The position numbers and the translations under genes were made by a program. 64,000 nt of DNA, taken from the NCBI GenBank assembly GCA_977017575.1, contig CDRNVI010000044.1:186001-250000 (forward strand). The letters run 5' to 3'. The stretch comes from Paramoeba atlantica (taxonomy: Eukaryota; Protista; Discosea). A model generated the notes under the pieces. That model did no database searches. It was not told the origin of the DNA and saw only the letters and a program-made list of their open reading frames with translations. This document shows, piece after piece, positions 52,089 through 62,131 of this stretch (position 1 is its first letter; every line of letters begins with the position of its first letter).

Positions 52089-55000
52089 ATGCAAAATAAC
52101 TTTGTCGCCGCTTTGAAATTCTTAGAGAAGAGGGACGCACCAGATGCAGTTGACAGAAAAAGCTGTAGTGCATTCGACGATGTAGAATTGCGAACGAGTG
52201 AAGAAAAATTTCTTTATCCACTTACGAATACTATTCAGAGAGGCCGAGCCGAGGAAAACAAAAAGATAATGTCTAACGATCAGTTAGATCCCAATCTTTG
52301 CTGGCCCGATCTTAAACAGGAAGATATCCTATCCTTTGAGGCATATTACGAAAAGAAAAAGGAGTGTATAGCCCGGCACAAAAGTACGAAAACTCATATC
52401 GATGATGCACATACTGTTCCCTCTGTGAATAAATCGGAAAAGGTGTCAACGCCCTACCCAAATCCTGCTCTGAACAGTTCGACGAAATGGAACAAACCCT
52501 ATGTTCAAAAAAATAGCATCGAAGGCCACGACAGTCATACTGTCTCTACTTCTGCCGTCGCAGTCAAGTATGAAGTACAGCAGGTCTTGACCAAAATATC
52601 ACAGCTGCACGCTGAAAAAGCGCAACTTTTCATGAGAAAAGCATCGACAGATCTTTCACATGGAGCGGGAAATGAATGGACGGCCCTGGAGAATGAAATA
52701 AGTCGGATAGATTATGAAATAGATCAAGAAAATAAAAAACACGAAGCTCTCATGTGTCAATTGCAAGAATTAAATTCATCACGTTACGAATCCCATGAAC
52801 AAAAGTCTGAATGCAGTGGATTGGCACCCGAATCTAATTCAAGCCATAATAGTGTCAGAAATGGAACCAATTGGAATTCTACCAACCCACTCATTCAACA
52901 AAGAGTCCGAGATGCGTTTAGTTGGGAGAATGTAACCTTACCAGAACGTTGCGAATCTTCCTTAAACAAGACATCCGGGACACTGATAGAAAACAAACAT
53001 CACGAAAATGTGAACAAAAGCTCAAAAACCACCAATAGCTCTCAGCATGAATCTAACGAATTCGTTCACTGCCCATGGACTCAGGAAGTACATGGCCTAC
53101 TCCGCGACATATTCGGGCTGCACAAATTTCGTCCACTACAGGAAGAGGCGATTAACGCAACATTGAGTGGGAAAGATGCTTTTGTGCTGCTGCCTACGGG
53201 CGGTGGTAAAAGTCTGTGCTACCAACTTCCAACCTTGGTCGGTGCTTCAAGAGGCGTAACCATCGTGATATCCCCGCTTGTTTCCCTTATTCAAGATCAA
53301 GTGGACGGTCTTCGAACTATGAATGTCAACGCTGCCGCATTAACGGGACAAGCGAAAGACACGGTGAAGAAGAAGATTTATGAGGAATGGGGAAAGTGGG
53401 AGCGTGGAGGATACGAAGATGAAGAGCACACGTATCATGTTCTTGTCTACACGACACCCGAAATGTTTGGTCGAAGTGACAATCTAATAAATAAACTGCA
53501 GGCATTATACCGGAAAGGAAAACTACATCGTATAGTTATCGATGAGGCACATTGTATTTCGCAATGGGGACATGACTTTCGTCCGGATTACAAGAAGCTA
53601 GGCATGTTGAAAGATTTGTTCCCAAACTGCCCTTTAATGGCGTTGACTGCTACTGCGACAAGTATGGTATTGGAAGATGTTCTTACGCTGCTACACATTC
53701 CTAATGCGAAAGTTTTTCGTGGAAGCTTTAATCGACCAAATTTGCGCTATCAGATCATTCATAAGGCGAAGAAAGAAGATGATGTTGCCTCTCTCATTTT
53801 AAGCAAGTACAAAGGGCAATGTGGAATAGTCTACTGTTTATCGCAAAAGGATACAGAGAAAATGGCCCAAGATCTGCGAAGCAAAGGTATAAATGCCGGA
53901 CACTATCACGCAGCTAGCTCTGGCAAGGTAGCAGCCCAGGAAGATTGGACCCGAGGAAAAATACATGTCATTTGTGCTACGATTGCGTTTGGAATGGGGA
54001 TAAACAAACCGGATGTACGCTTTGTCATACACGCTATGATGCCGAAATCAATGGAGGGTTTCTATCAAGAAAGCGGGAGGGCAGGTAGAGACATGAAGCC
54101 AAGCGACTGTATTTTATTTTACTCACCAAGCAGTAAATCTAGACTTGAAAGGCTAATAGCAATATCAAACACGACATCTGCAATGGCTAAATTTTATCAA
54201 AAACAACTGCATCACATGATAACCTTCGTCACAGAAGACGCTGTCTGTCGTCGCAAACAACAGCTTGATTTTTTCGGAGAAGTTGTGAACGACGCATGGT
54301 TCTGCCTCACAGACACCGAGAACTTGAGATGTGACGTTTGTGACTCGAAAGTGAAGGAAGGGTGGAAGGTGGAGCACGTGCCTGTTGCACCACACGTTTC
54401 ACGGCTCATACACATATTGGGGCTTCTCGGAAATTGCACTGCTCGGCAATTGACTTCGGCTTACCGAGGAACTGAGTCGGGCGTAGGAAAAGTGAATGCC
54501 AAGAAAATCAGGGATATTAAAGCATCAGGGCGCCACAATACAGAAGCTTTCGGATTGGGTTCCGACCAAAAAGTTGAGTGGATTGATCAAATTATCCAAA
54601 ACTTGGTTACTTGGGAGTACGTTACGGAAGAGCTTTTGGCACAGAAAGTCCCCGGAGGATTTGATGTGGTATCAACTTTGCTTTCACTTAGCTCAACGGG
54701 AAATTCGATACACAAGTTAGGTGCTTCAGCATTAAGAAATGTCGAATTTACTCGAAAGTGTGTGATACCTCAAAGAAAGGGGGGACAGAAAAAAGTACCA
54801 CCTGTTCCTGCATCAGGCTCAGGTGAAAGCCTTAGTGTAAAACGTGGAGCTCGAGAAAACAAGCGTCCTCTTGTATCTGATTCGAACGACCGTTCCAATA
54901 CGTTGAATTTCGAGACACGCGCTAAGTCATTTCGTCCCGTAGAGCTTTCCAAAGACTTCGAAAATACAACGGAACTCAACAAGTACACTACTGCGGGGAA

Positions 55001-56285
55001 TAGCACTTCAAACACTTTGTACTTGGAGCAGATGCAGCAGCTGAGACAGAATCTGCGAGCCCAACTTGCAGACCTCCGGCGCGACGTTGCACTGGAGGAA
55101 AATATTCGTGAATACAATCTTCTTAGCAATCCTGCGCTGGATGAACTTGCTGACTTAATATTTAATGATCATGGTCCAACAGTGGAAGAAATAGGCAATG
55201 TTCAAGGATTTGGGAAAATCAAGCTGAAAAAATATGGGCGACCCTTTCTTGAGCTTGTCCGAGGCTTCCGCGCCAAGTGGTTAAAGGATTGCGATGCAGA
55301 CGTAACGGAGGCCGAACTCGAACTTTTAGGATCTCAGACTGTCACCGTTGTCCGCGCTCGGCCTTTCCCAAAAAATCAAATCATCGACGCCTCAGATGAT
55401 GATTCAACTCAGACCAGTGGGAGGAAATATGAATCGACACAAGCTCATTTATCAATAGCTAAGGACGTAACTCCTACACGAAATAATATAGCCACGCAAC
55501 CGGCAGGATTTTCTTTCATCATGGCTCCGCAGCAATCAATTGATAGTTCAACGAACCATTCCCGTTCTCGCCTTGGGGCTGATCTAACCGCCTCGTATGC
55601 TCCGACAAGTGGCACTCCACCCGCTCACATCGCCTCCAGCGGGCATTCGAGCAACATTGGAGATAACAGTACTCGAGTCTGTGAGACTTTCACACCGGCG
55701 AGAGAGATTTCATTAATAACGCCTCCTTCTCGCTTTTCTGTTCAGTCTGTTTCAAGTGATACATCGAAAACAAGTGCGCGAAAAATTCCTGCACCTCCTC
55801 ACTATGAAACGGGACAGCGAATTATATCACCTGTAGCAATGAAAGGGGGAGTCACTCCGTGCCCCGCGGTAAGCTCCTCAAAACAAGTGCCAGAGAAGCA
55901 TGTGCAGGTTTCACCGAGTCGTGCCGATGGCGCCTCTGTGGCGCATAGTAAACAAATTGCCAGGAAGAACCCACGTGAGTCTATTTCTCCAGTCCCTGTA
56001 AATTTGAACACTCGTCTGTCACCTGAAGATGGGACACGCAAAGTTCCCTTAAAACGGCCAATAGTATTAGTAAGCGCGACAGAAGTGGCTTCAGAACTTG
56101 CACTAACACCTCAGTTACATAATACGACAAATACTGCGTTAAATATCCGGGCGGAAACGAGTGCAACAAGTGTAGATGATGATTCCAGCCCGTCTAGGTA
56201 CTCAGCCGCTTCATCAATGGCTACAGCATGTGATGTTGCCGACACTAATGCATTGGACGAAACAAATTTTCCGACTCCCGAGTAA
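52089..56285 (+). CDS. RecQ-family DNA helicase (BLM/Sgs1-like) with RQC and HRDC regions
   Basis: FRPLQEEAIN, LPTGGGKSLCYQLP, IDEAHCISQWGHDFRPDY, ATIAFGMGINKPDVR, YQESGRAGRD, CRR...CDVC zinc site, and an HRDC-like segment (GFGKIKLKKYG). Confidence 0.96.
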   Translation: MQNNFVAALKFLEKRDAPDAVDRKSCSAFDDVELRTSEEKFLYPLTNTIQRGRAEENKKIMSNDQLDPNLCWPDLKQEDILSFEAYYEKKKECIARHKSTKTHIDDAHTVPSVNKSEKVSTPYPNPALNSSTKWNKPYVQKNSIEGHDSHTVSTSAVAVKYEVQQVLTKISQLHAEKAQLFMRKASTDLSHGAGNEWTALENEISRIDYEIDQENKKHEALMCQLQELNSSRYESHEQKSECSGLAPESNSSHNSVRNGTNWNSTNPLIQQRVRDAFSWENVTLPERCESSLNKTSGTLIENKHHENVNKSSKTTNSSQHESNEFVHCPWTQEVHGLLRDIFGLHKFRPLQEEAINATLSGKDAFVLLPTGGGKSLCYQLPTLVGASRGVTIVISPLVSLIQDQVDGLRTMNVNAAALTGQAKDTVKKKIYEEWGKWERGGYEDEEHTYHVLVYTTPEMFGRSDNLINKLQALYRKGKLHRIVIDEAHCISQWGHDFRPDYKKLGMLKDLFPNCPLMALTATATSMVLEDVLTLLHIPNAKVFRGSFNRPNLRYQIIHKAKKEDDVASLILSKYKGQCGIVYCLSQKDTEKMAQDLRSKGINAGHYHAASSGKVAAQEDWTRGKIHVICATIAFGMGINKPDVRFVIHAMMPKSMEGFYQESGRAGRDMKPSDCILFYSPSSKSRLERLIAISNTTSAMAKFYQKQLHHMITFVTEDAVCRRKQQLDFFGEVVNDAWFCLTDTENLRCDVCDSKVKEGWKVEHVPVAPHVSRLIHILGLLGNCTARQLTSAYRGTESGVGKVNAKKIRDIKASGRHNTEAFGLGSDQKVEWIDQIIQNLVTWEYVTEELLAQKVPGGFDVVSTLLSLSSTGNSIHKLGASALRNVEFTRKCVIPQRKGGQKKVPPVPASGSGESLSVKRGARENKRPLVSDSNDRSNTLNFETRAKSFRPVELSKDFENTTELNKYTTAGNSTSNTLYLEQMQQLRQNLRAQLADLRRDVALEENIREYNLLSNPALDELADLIFNDHGPTVEEIGNVQGFGKIKLKKYGRPFLELVRGFRAKWLKDCDADVTEAELELLGSQTVTVVRARPFPKNQIIDASDDDSTQTSGRKYESTQAHLSIAKDVTPTRNNIATQPAGFSFIMAPQQSIDSSTNHSRSRLGADLTASYAPTSGTPPAHIASSGHSSNIGDNSTRVCETFTPAREISLITPPSRFSVQSVSSDTSKTSARKIPAPPHYETGQRIISPVAMKGGVTPCPAVSSSKQVPEKHVQVSPSRADGASVAHSKQIARKNPRESISPVPVNLNTRLSPEDGTRKVPLKRPIVLVSATEVASELALTPQLHNTTNTALNIRAETSATSVDDDSSPSRYSAASSMATACDVADTNALDETNFPTPE

Positions 56286-56573
56286 GTGAATCATGTAACT
56301 TATTCGAACAATAACTTATTCGAAACGCACAATGTTTGTTGAAATGCAGCCATAAAAGGAAATCATGTCTACCACTCCCAGTGTTGAACAGTGTTCACCC
56401 ATGTGCAAGATAATTAGTTGTTCACATGTTCTGTTTTGTCTTTGTATTCGCACTCTTTTTCCTATTTTGATCGACAGTTAAATTTTAACTACTATTTCAA
56501 GGAATTTCTAAATAACATCGAAGCATTACGAACGCATGCAAATTCTATGCAGAACTAGAGCTCCTTGAACGGA

Positions 56574-58355
56574 ATGTGGTACTCTCGTTGTGTGTTTCGA
56601 GCTAAATTGCCCTTATATCAACGCATCGTGGGCAAAGAATCTGCACTAATGCGAGATATTCGTAGATATGTTCCTTCCGAAGGCTGGTCGACTGTCAGTC
56701 ACGTATCATTCATCCTTGCTCCCCATCTCAGGAGTATTGTCAACCCTGGTATATTGAACGAAATCCTCCACAGTTTATCCGACTGTGTGGTGCGTGAAGA
56801 TCGCGTTTGCCGCAAATTTTGGTTAGATTCCAATCCACCTGATCCGGAGCTCATGGCAAGTAACCAGCCTCGTACGTTAGCCGACGACGATGAGCTGTGC
56901 TCCTGTGTGCTGCCGTACATTCCCCATTTTTACGTCCCCCTACGTGCGGTTGCACGACAGCTCCCTGGGGACTTGTTTCTCGCCATGCGCACCAGTCGGT
57001 TTATTTTTCTTACGAAATATCCGGAGATTTTTGAATTGGCGCATTGTATTGACGAGAACGCACTCGTGGTACGTAGGATCGATAAGAAGAGACCAGAGGA
57101 TGGGTTCACCCCTCATATGTTTCATGAGTTTCAGGAGGATAGAGAGTTGATGGGGGTGGTTGCTCTCGCTCTCCCGTCTCGGACCGGATTATCCGAAGGG
57201 GAGTCCATGGAGCGACTGCCAATCGGGCTTCGTCGGGAGGTTGTCGCTCGGGGTTACTCACTCACCACGTTATGTTCCATGTATGAAGGATTATTCGAGG
57301 TTATCCGAGAAGATGAGGACAGTTTTTCTGTTCTAATTCGAAGCCTTGTATCGGATGAGGAAATAACGGATCCAGAATGCAAAAGACAAAAGGAAAGTGA
57401 CCTGGAGACTTCCTTTGAGGGGAAGCGTCACGAATTAGAACAGCTGATGATACCCACGGAACCTTGCAGTGCATTCGAATTGGTTACGGCAGATAGGTTT
57501 GTTGAGGTTGCGAAAAAAATATATTCCGGTAGAGAAGCCTTGACGATGTCGAGACGTCTTTGTCTAGTTCGCGCAGATACAATACAAAAAGAAGTTTGGA
57601 AAATACTCCCAGAAGATTCAAAAGCAATGGAATACGATGAAATATTATTGAAGCTTGATTCTAAAGTTCGACGCCAACTTTCATTCGAAGAAGGTGGCTT
57701 GCGCGAGTTTCTAAGGAAGCGGAAGGAGCACTTTGTGTATACTGAAGGTTTGAGCACAATAAAGGTTGCAAGGGGTGCTAAACCTGTTCCTGGCTTAAAT
57801 GAGGATCCAGCGAAAAAGAAACGGGAAGAATATACAGTAAAGTTCCCCCCCTCAACTCCTGTTGCAGAGTCAATTTCGGAAAAGGTATCTTCATTGCCAA
57901 TAGCACCCGAAACACCCAAGAGAAAGAAAAAATATTTGCAGCCCAGGCCTGCGAATGAGGAAACTGTATGGGATGATGAAGAGGACACGGAAAATTATGA
58001 TGCGGAATATGACGGAGAGGAAGATGATCCCCTTGCCAGCGCTGTTGCAGGACATGTTCCAGAGAAAGGAAAACCTGGGATATCGCTAAATGATCTTGCC
58101 AAATGCATATCTGTTGATACGCGAAATGGCATTAAAGAAGAGGGATATGATACTTTCCTAGATTTTCTAAAGGCTTGGCCTGAATGGTTTGTGTTGGACT
58201 CCTCTTCCGACAATCCACTCATCAATTTGCGTCCCTTAGATGAGCTTGAAAATGAAGATGGTGAAGACGAGTACAATGAACGTGAGGAGGAAAACGGGAG
58301 GGGCGTCAGTAGTGTGTTAGAAAAAAACGCCGATGAGAACCGTGAAATAAAATGA
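56574..58355 (+). CDS. Second protein with repeated OST-HTH/LOTUS-like units
   Basis: Repeats such as FLTKYPEIFEL, GGLREFLRKRKEHFVY and GYDTFLDFLKAWPEWFVL. Confidence 0.6.
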   Translation: MWYSRCVFRAKLPLYQRIVGKESALMRDIRRYVPSEGWSTVSHVSFILAPHLRSIVNPGILNEILHSLSDCVVREDRVCRKFWLDSNPPDPELMASNQPRTLADDDELCSCVLPYIPHFYVPLRAVARQLPGDLFLAMRTSRFIFLTKYPEIFELAHCIDENALVVRRIDKKRPEDGFTPHMFHEFQEDRELMGVVALALPSRTGLSEGESMERLPIGLRREVVARGYSLTTLCSMYEGLFEVIREDEDSFSVLIRSLVSDEEITDPECKRQKESDLETSFEGKRHELEQLMIPTEPCSAFELVTADRFVEVAKKIYSGREALTMSRRLCLVRADTIQKEVWKILPEDSKAMEYDEILLKLDSKVRRQLSFEEGGLREFLRKRKEHFVYTEGLSTIKVARGAKPVPGLNEDPAKKKREEYTVKFPPSTPVAESISEKVSSLPIAPETPKRKKKYLQPRPANEETVWDDEEDTENYDAEYDGEEDDPLASAVAGHVPEKGKPGISLNDLAKCISVDTRNGIKEEGYDTFLDFLKAWPEWFVLDSSSDNPLINLRPLDELENEDGEDEYNEREEENGRGVSSVLEKNADENREIK

Positions 58356-58735
58356 AGAATGTGTGAATGATCCTTTTTTCTTAACCAACTTCTAGCACAC
58401 ACTGCAACCGTTTATTATTTTAGGTCACCATCTATCAAATGCTAAAGAAGGTTCTCAAAATTACGGGCTCCAGAAAAAATATAGCGACATTCCTTTATGT
58501 CTATTGACCAAATGCATGTCTAACTTTCTCTACACTGTAATACAAAGTCCTTTAGTTCATACTTTTTTAGAAATTGCTATTGACCACACGAAAGTTGAAG
58601 TTAGAGGCTACAATCGTACACAATTCGGTGGCAAACTTTGTTCTCTGGTTCACAGAGATTTGAGGCCTGAAGTGTGTCGACTGCGACTTTTTTGTGGAGC
58701 TTTTGCCCAGGAATGCAAACTTCATGCACACAGAA

Positions 58736-61700
58736 ATGAGATACATACTGATCTTTTGTTTCATTCGTGTCGTTGTCTTTTCTGCTGAGTCTCAAGATGA
58801 AAACTTTGGTTCTCATCCGATCCATCCAATTGAGCGACTGACTGGATTTCATAAGGCTCATTCGGAGGAGGAACGCTTTTTACATCATTCGTTTACACAT
58901 AATTGCAGCAAAACAAATTCTCACGCACATCTACGCTACAACGTTACTAGGTCAACAAAACGACATGTCGAACTACAAGGCATCACGCGTTTGATTTGTA
59001 CAACTCCAACAAGAATTACTGCCGCATTTGAAACCCCACAATCTATGCACGAGTTTTTGTTTTGCGTTGCCCCAGGAACCGTTCTTAGCTCCAACCGCAA
59101 GTGTAGATGCGAAGGCACCGGACTCGGTATTTTGTTAAAAATTGTGAGCGTATTGCCACTCAATACTACATGGGTATATTTTGAAGGAGTGGGTTTGAAA
59201 TCGCATGAGATGTTTCGAGACGCAAAGGTTCACTTTTCCACCGATATTATTTCCGCACACCATCCTCCTAAAGTACCCTTTTCGAGAAAGGGGAAAGCTA
59301 AACTCGAACGAAAACCATTGCACTTTGAGGCACTGACAGCAGAGGAATCAGATATTCCTGAATTCGGCAGTTCCGATCCCGAATTTGGCTTGCTCGACCA
59401 AGTTATGTCACGGGCGCGCGCAGCACTTGACTCATTGCAGGAAATGATAATGCCTTCGAGAAGCATAATGCCTTTCGCCAATATACAAAGTCGGAATGTT
59501 GCGAACCCAAACGTGTGGAACGTACCTTTGCCGTCTCAAATATTTTGGGATGAGCCATTGATTCCTCGAATGCTGTGCATAGAGTGCTTTTTTCAAATAC
59601 ATCCCATCATGCGCTTCGAGTTAGAGGTTGTCGAGCATGAAGTAAAAAATCTCGAAATTGTCTTGGAAGCGACAATGCTTTTAGGTATAGTACCCAAAAT
59701 TCATGTCAAGGTATATAAGAAATTCCTCACCAAAAAACTTTTAGAACAGCAGTTCGTTCCTGTGTATATTGACATAGGTGGTGTTCCTTTCGAAATTATG
59801 CCCAGTTTGCGTCTCGATCTTAAATTTCTAAGTCGTCTAAACACACAAGCAAATATTGGCTTTACCGCTGGGTATATTGGATCTATACGAGCAGGTCTTC
59901 AGTATAGCTCCAGTTCTGGTATGAGGAGTCTTTCCGCATCTTACGGCGACCTTGTGCCAGAAAATTACAGCTATCGCATTGGGAAAAAATGTGAGCAATA
60001 CGCAGGAAGAACTTATAATGACCTTACAATACGAGAATGTTCAGCATTATGCGATGCTCGCGGTAGATCGTGCGTTGCATTTCGGTATTTGCCTGGGTTG
60101 CAACAATGCACATTAACCCATCGTTGCATGCTTCAGAAGCAGTCAATCAGCGATGAGTGGCTCTTTATGGTCTATCCTTGGGTGAAGCCGAATCCGAGTC
60201 CGATTGTGACGGGAGTAGTAGTAATGCTGCTACAACCCCAAGTGACTCTGATGGTCAATAGGATAGGTGGGCCTCTTATGGTTGCAGGAGCAGCAGCTGT
60301 GGCGAATATTTTTCGTCTCAATACATCAGCAGAGTGTTCTAGAACGGAGATGAAAGCCAAGATGTACGTAGTGGTGGGAGGTCGGATTAGTGTCAAAGCG
60401 GGATCTCGTACATTGCATCAGGATGATGTATTGCTGCATCCTATTTACAATTACGTTGCGCGACTCATCAGACCGCGTACGATATGCTGGGGAAATTGGA
60501 CCAATGAAAACAGTCAAACTAATGCACCAAATGTGTCTGCTCTATTGCTGCCGAGTTCCGAAAAGTTAAGGCCTACGGGCGAGTCTATCGCAAAAGAGCA
60601 GAAAAACGGCCAACTAGAAAAGGGATACGCAGAAGAAGGTTTACGATACATAGGGCTCTGTAATTCCGTGTATTGTTCATGCGAGGTGCAAGTCTTGTTC
60701 GATGCAGGTACGGCCTACCTTAGTTTGCAACTCTCGCAGTACTCCAAGAGTTGTGAGCATCAGGGTGTCTACGGCGTTTCGTATGCTGATAATGGCTTTC
60801 TCATTTTGAAACGAATCTCAGAAACCATACTGCGTGCTTCATGTGCATTGGGGGACGAAATACGAATCCAGGTTCTGGATGATAGAATTACTCTTCATCG
60901 GTTCGATTGGTGTTGCCCTGTCATAGAAATGAGGGCAGGGTCTAGTGTTGATCTCATTGAAGCAGGAAATTCTTTCCGGCACGGTGCTACGATGCGCAGC
61001 GGATCAGTATCGTGCAACATAAACGAATTATCCACTAATAAATATTCGGTTCGCGGCAACGAAAATCTCTACATTCGTTCCTCGGAATCTTGTATCATTG
61101 TTCAAGGTGGGAATCACGGCACCTCATTAAATTCACTTCAGAGTGGAAAATTTTTGTTGTTGCACCCAAACGCTACATTGGCTTTGTATAGATCTCTTCC
61201 ATTTATTACCCCTGTGTGGCAACAACACCTCAAGGACACTGGACTGAGAAAATCCAATGAGTATGAAAGACCTCCGTACTTGGCAAAACAACCTACGCCG
61301 ATCACCCTTTTTCAAGACAGACTGTTGCCAGGAGAAGTTCTGTACGTTAACACAGCAGTATACTCCGACAAGTGCATATTTGTGCACAATTCTTTGACGC
61401 TATCAGTTTATTACTGGGACCCGGAAGGGGTGGTTACAGAATTGTGGTCTGCGCATCATCCGCGCGAAGATGATGCATACCTTGTTGTAAATTCTACCAA
61501 TGTCATTATGAGAGCCAATCAGGCAACCCCTTGGTTTGTGTACTCCAAAATTTCAGAAATAGAGGGTGTGAGGTGGCAGAATGATTCTCTCCAGCTCATA
61601 TACGCTCTTAATCAGCATACTGCTAAGGGTTCATCTTGTTTCGAAACATCTCCCGCGGCGGAATATAAGTTTCCTACCTGGATTTATGTTGTGGTGCCCA

Positions 61701-61765
61701 TAGCATTGACCCTATTTATAGTGCTTGTTATCAAACGAAATCAGTTCCGCAGCAAATTTAGATAG
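58736..61765 (+). CDS. Large type-I membrane/surface protein with a PAN/apple domain and degenerate bulb-lectin-like repeats
   Basis: Signal peptide MRYILIFCFIRVVVFS; PAN-type TIRECSALC....SCVAFRY.....QCTL; two LLL..NATLALY...PVW / LWSAH...YLVV segments; C-terminal TM plus basic tail. Confidence 0.65.
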   Translation: MRYILIFCFIRVVVFSAESQDENFGSHPIHPIERLTGFHKAHSEEERFLHHSFTHNCSKTNSHAHLRYNVTRSTKRHVELQGITRLICTTPTRITAAFETPQSMHEFLFCVAPGTVLSSNRKCRCEGTGLGILLKIVSVLPLNTTWVYFEGVGLKSHEMFRDAKVHFSTDIISAHHPPKVPFSRKGKAKLERKPLHFEALTAEESDIPEFGSSDPEFGLLDQVMSRARAALDSLQEMIMPSRSIMPFANIQSRNVANPNVWNVPLPSQIFWDEPLIPRMLCIECFFQIHPIMRFELEVVEHEVKNLEIVLEATMLLGIVPKIHVKVYKKFLTKKLLEQQFVPVYIDIGGVPFEIMPSLRLDLKFLSRLNTQANIGFTAGYIGSIRAGLQYSSSSGMRSLSASYGDLVPENYSYRIGKKCEQYAGRTYNDLTIRECSALCDARGRSCVAFRYLPGLQQCTLTHRCMLQKQSISDEWLFMVYPWVKPNPSPIVTGVVVMLLQPQVTLMVNRIGGPLMVAGAAAVANIFRLNTSAECSRTEMKAKMYVVVGGRISVKAGSRTLHQDDVLLHPIYNYVARLIRPRTICWGNWTNENSQTNAPNVSALLLPSSEKLRPTGESIAKEQKNGQLEKGYAEEGLRYIGLCNSVYCSCEVQVLFDAGTAYLSLQLSQYSKSCEHQGVYGVSYADNGFLILKRISETILRASCALGDEIRIQVLDDRITLHRFDWCCPVIEMRAGSSVDLIEAGNSFRHGATMRSGSVSCNINELSTNKYSVRGNENLYIRSSESCIIVQGGNHGTSLNSLQSGKFLLLHPNATLALYRSLPFITPVWQQHLKDTGLRKSNEYERPPYLAKQPTPITLFQDRLLPGEVLYVNTAVYSDKCIFVHNSLTLSVYYWDPEGVVTELWSAHHPREDDAYLVVNSTNVIMRANQATPWFVYSKISEIEGVRWQNDSLQLIYALNQHTAKGSSCFETSPAAEYKFPTWIYVVVPIALTLFIVLVIKRNQFRSKFR

Positions 61766-62131
61766 TAGAAACTTCCTTTTTTCACAGCAATAGTCTATTA
61801 AAGTCTTGTGTAAATCACAAGACCGTTAGAGTAATAGTCAACACCTGAGTGACATATCTTTGTGGCACGCAGGCAGAAACATCATTGGGCGTGACATTCT
61901 GAGCGATCTTTTCCAGCAGAGTTTATGTTGTGCATATAAAGTTTTCGCTACTGCTAAAATAGCCTAATTTCCCCTAGTCTAGGGAAATCAGCTATTTAAT
62001 GTTAGAATTTCCTGTATCTCTTTATACGCAAGCATGCATTAAATCTTGAAATCTATTTATCTTGTGCAAGTACATGATTCATTTCGATGTTTCTGCGTGG
62101 TAAATGAAGAATAATCCGTAGCCTCGGTAGA

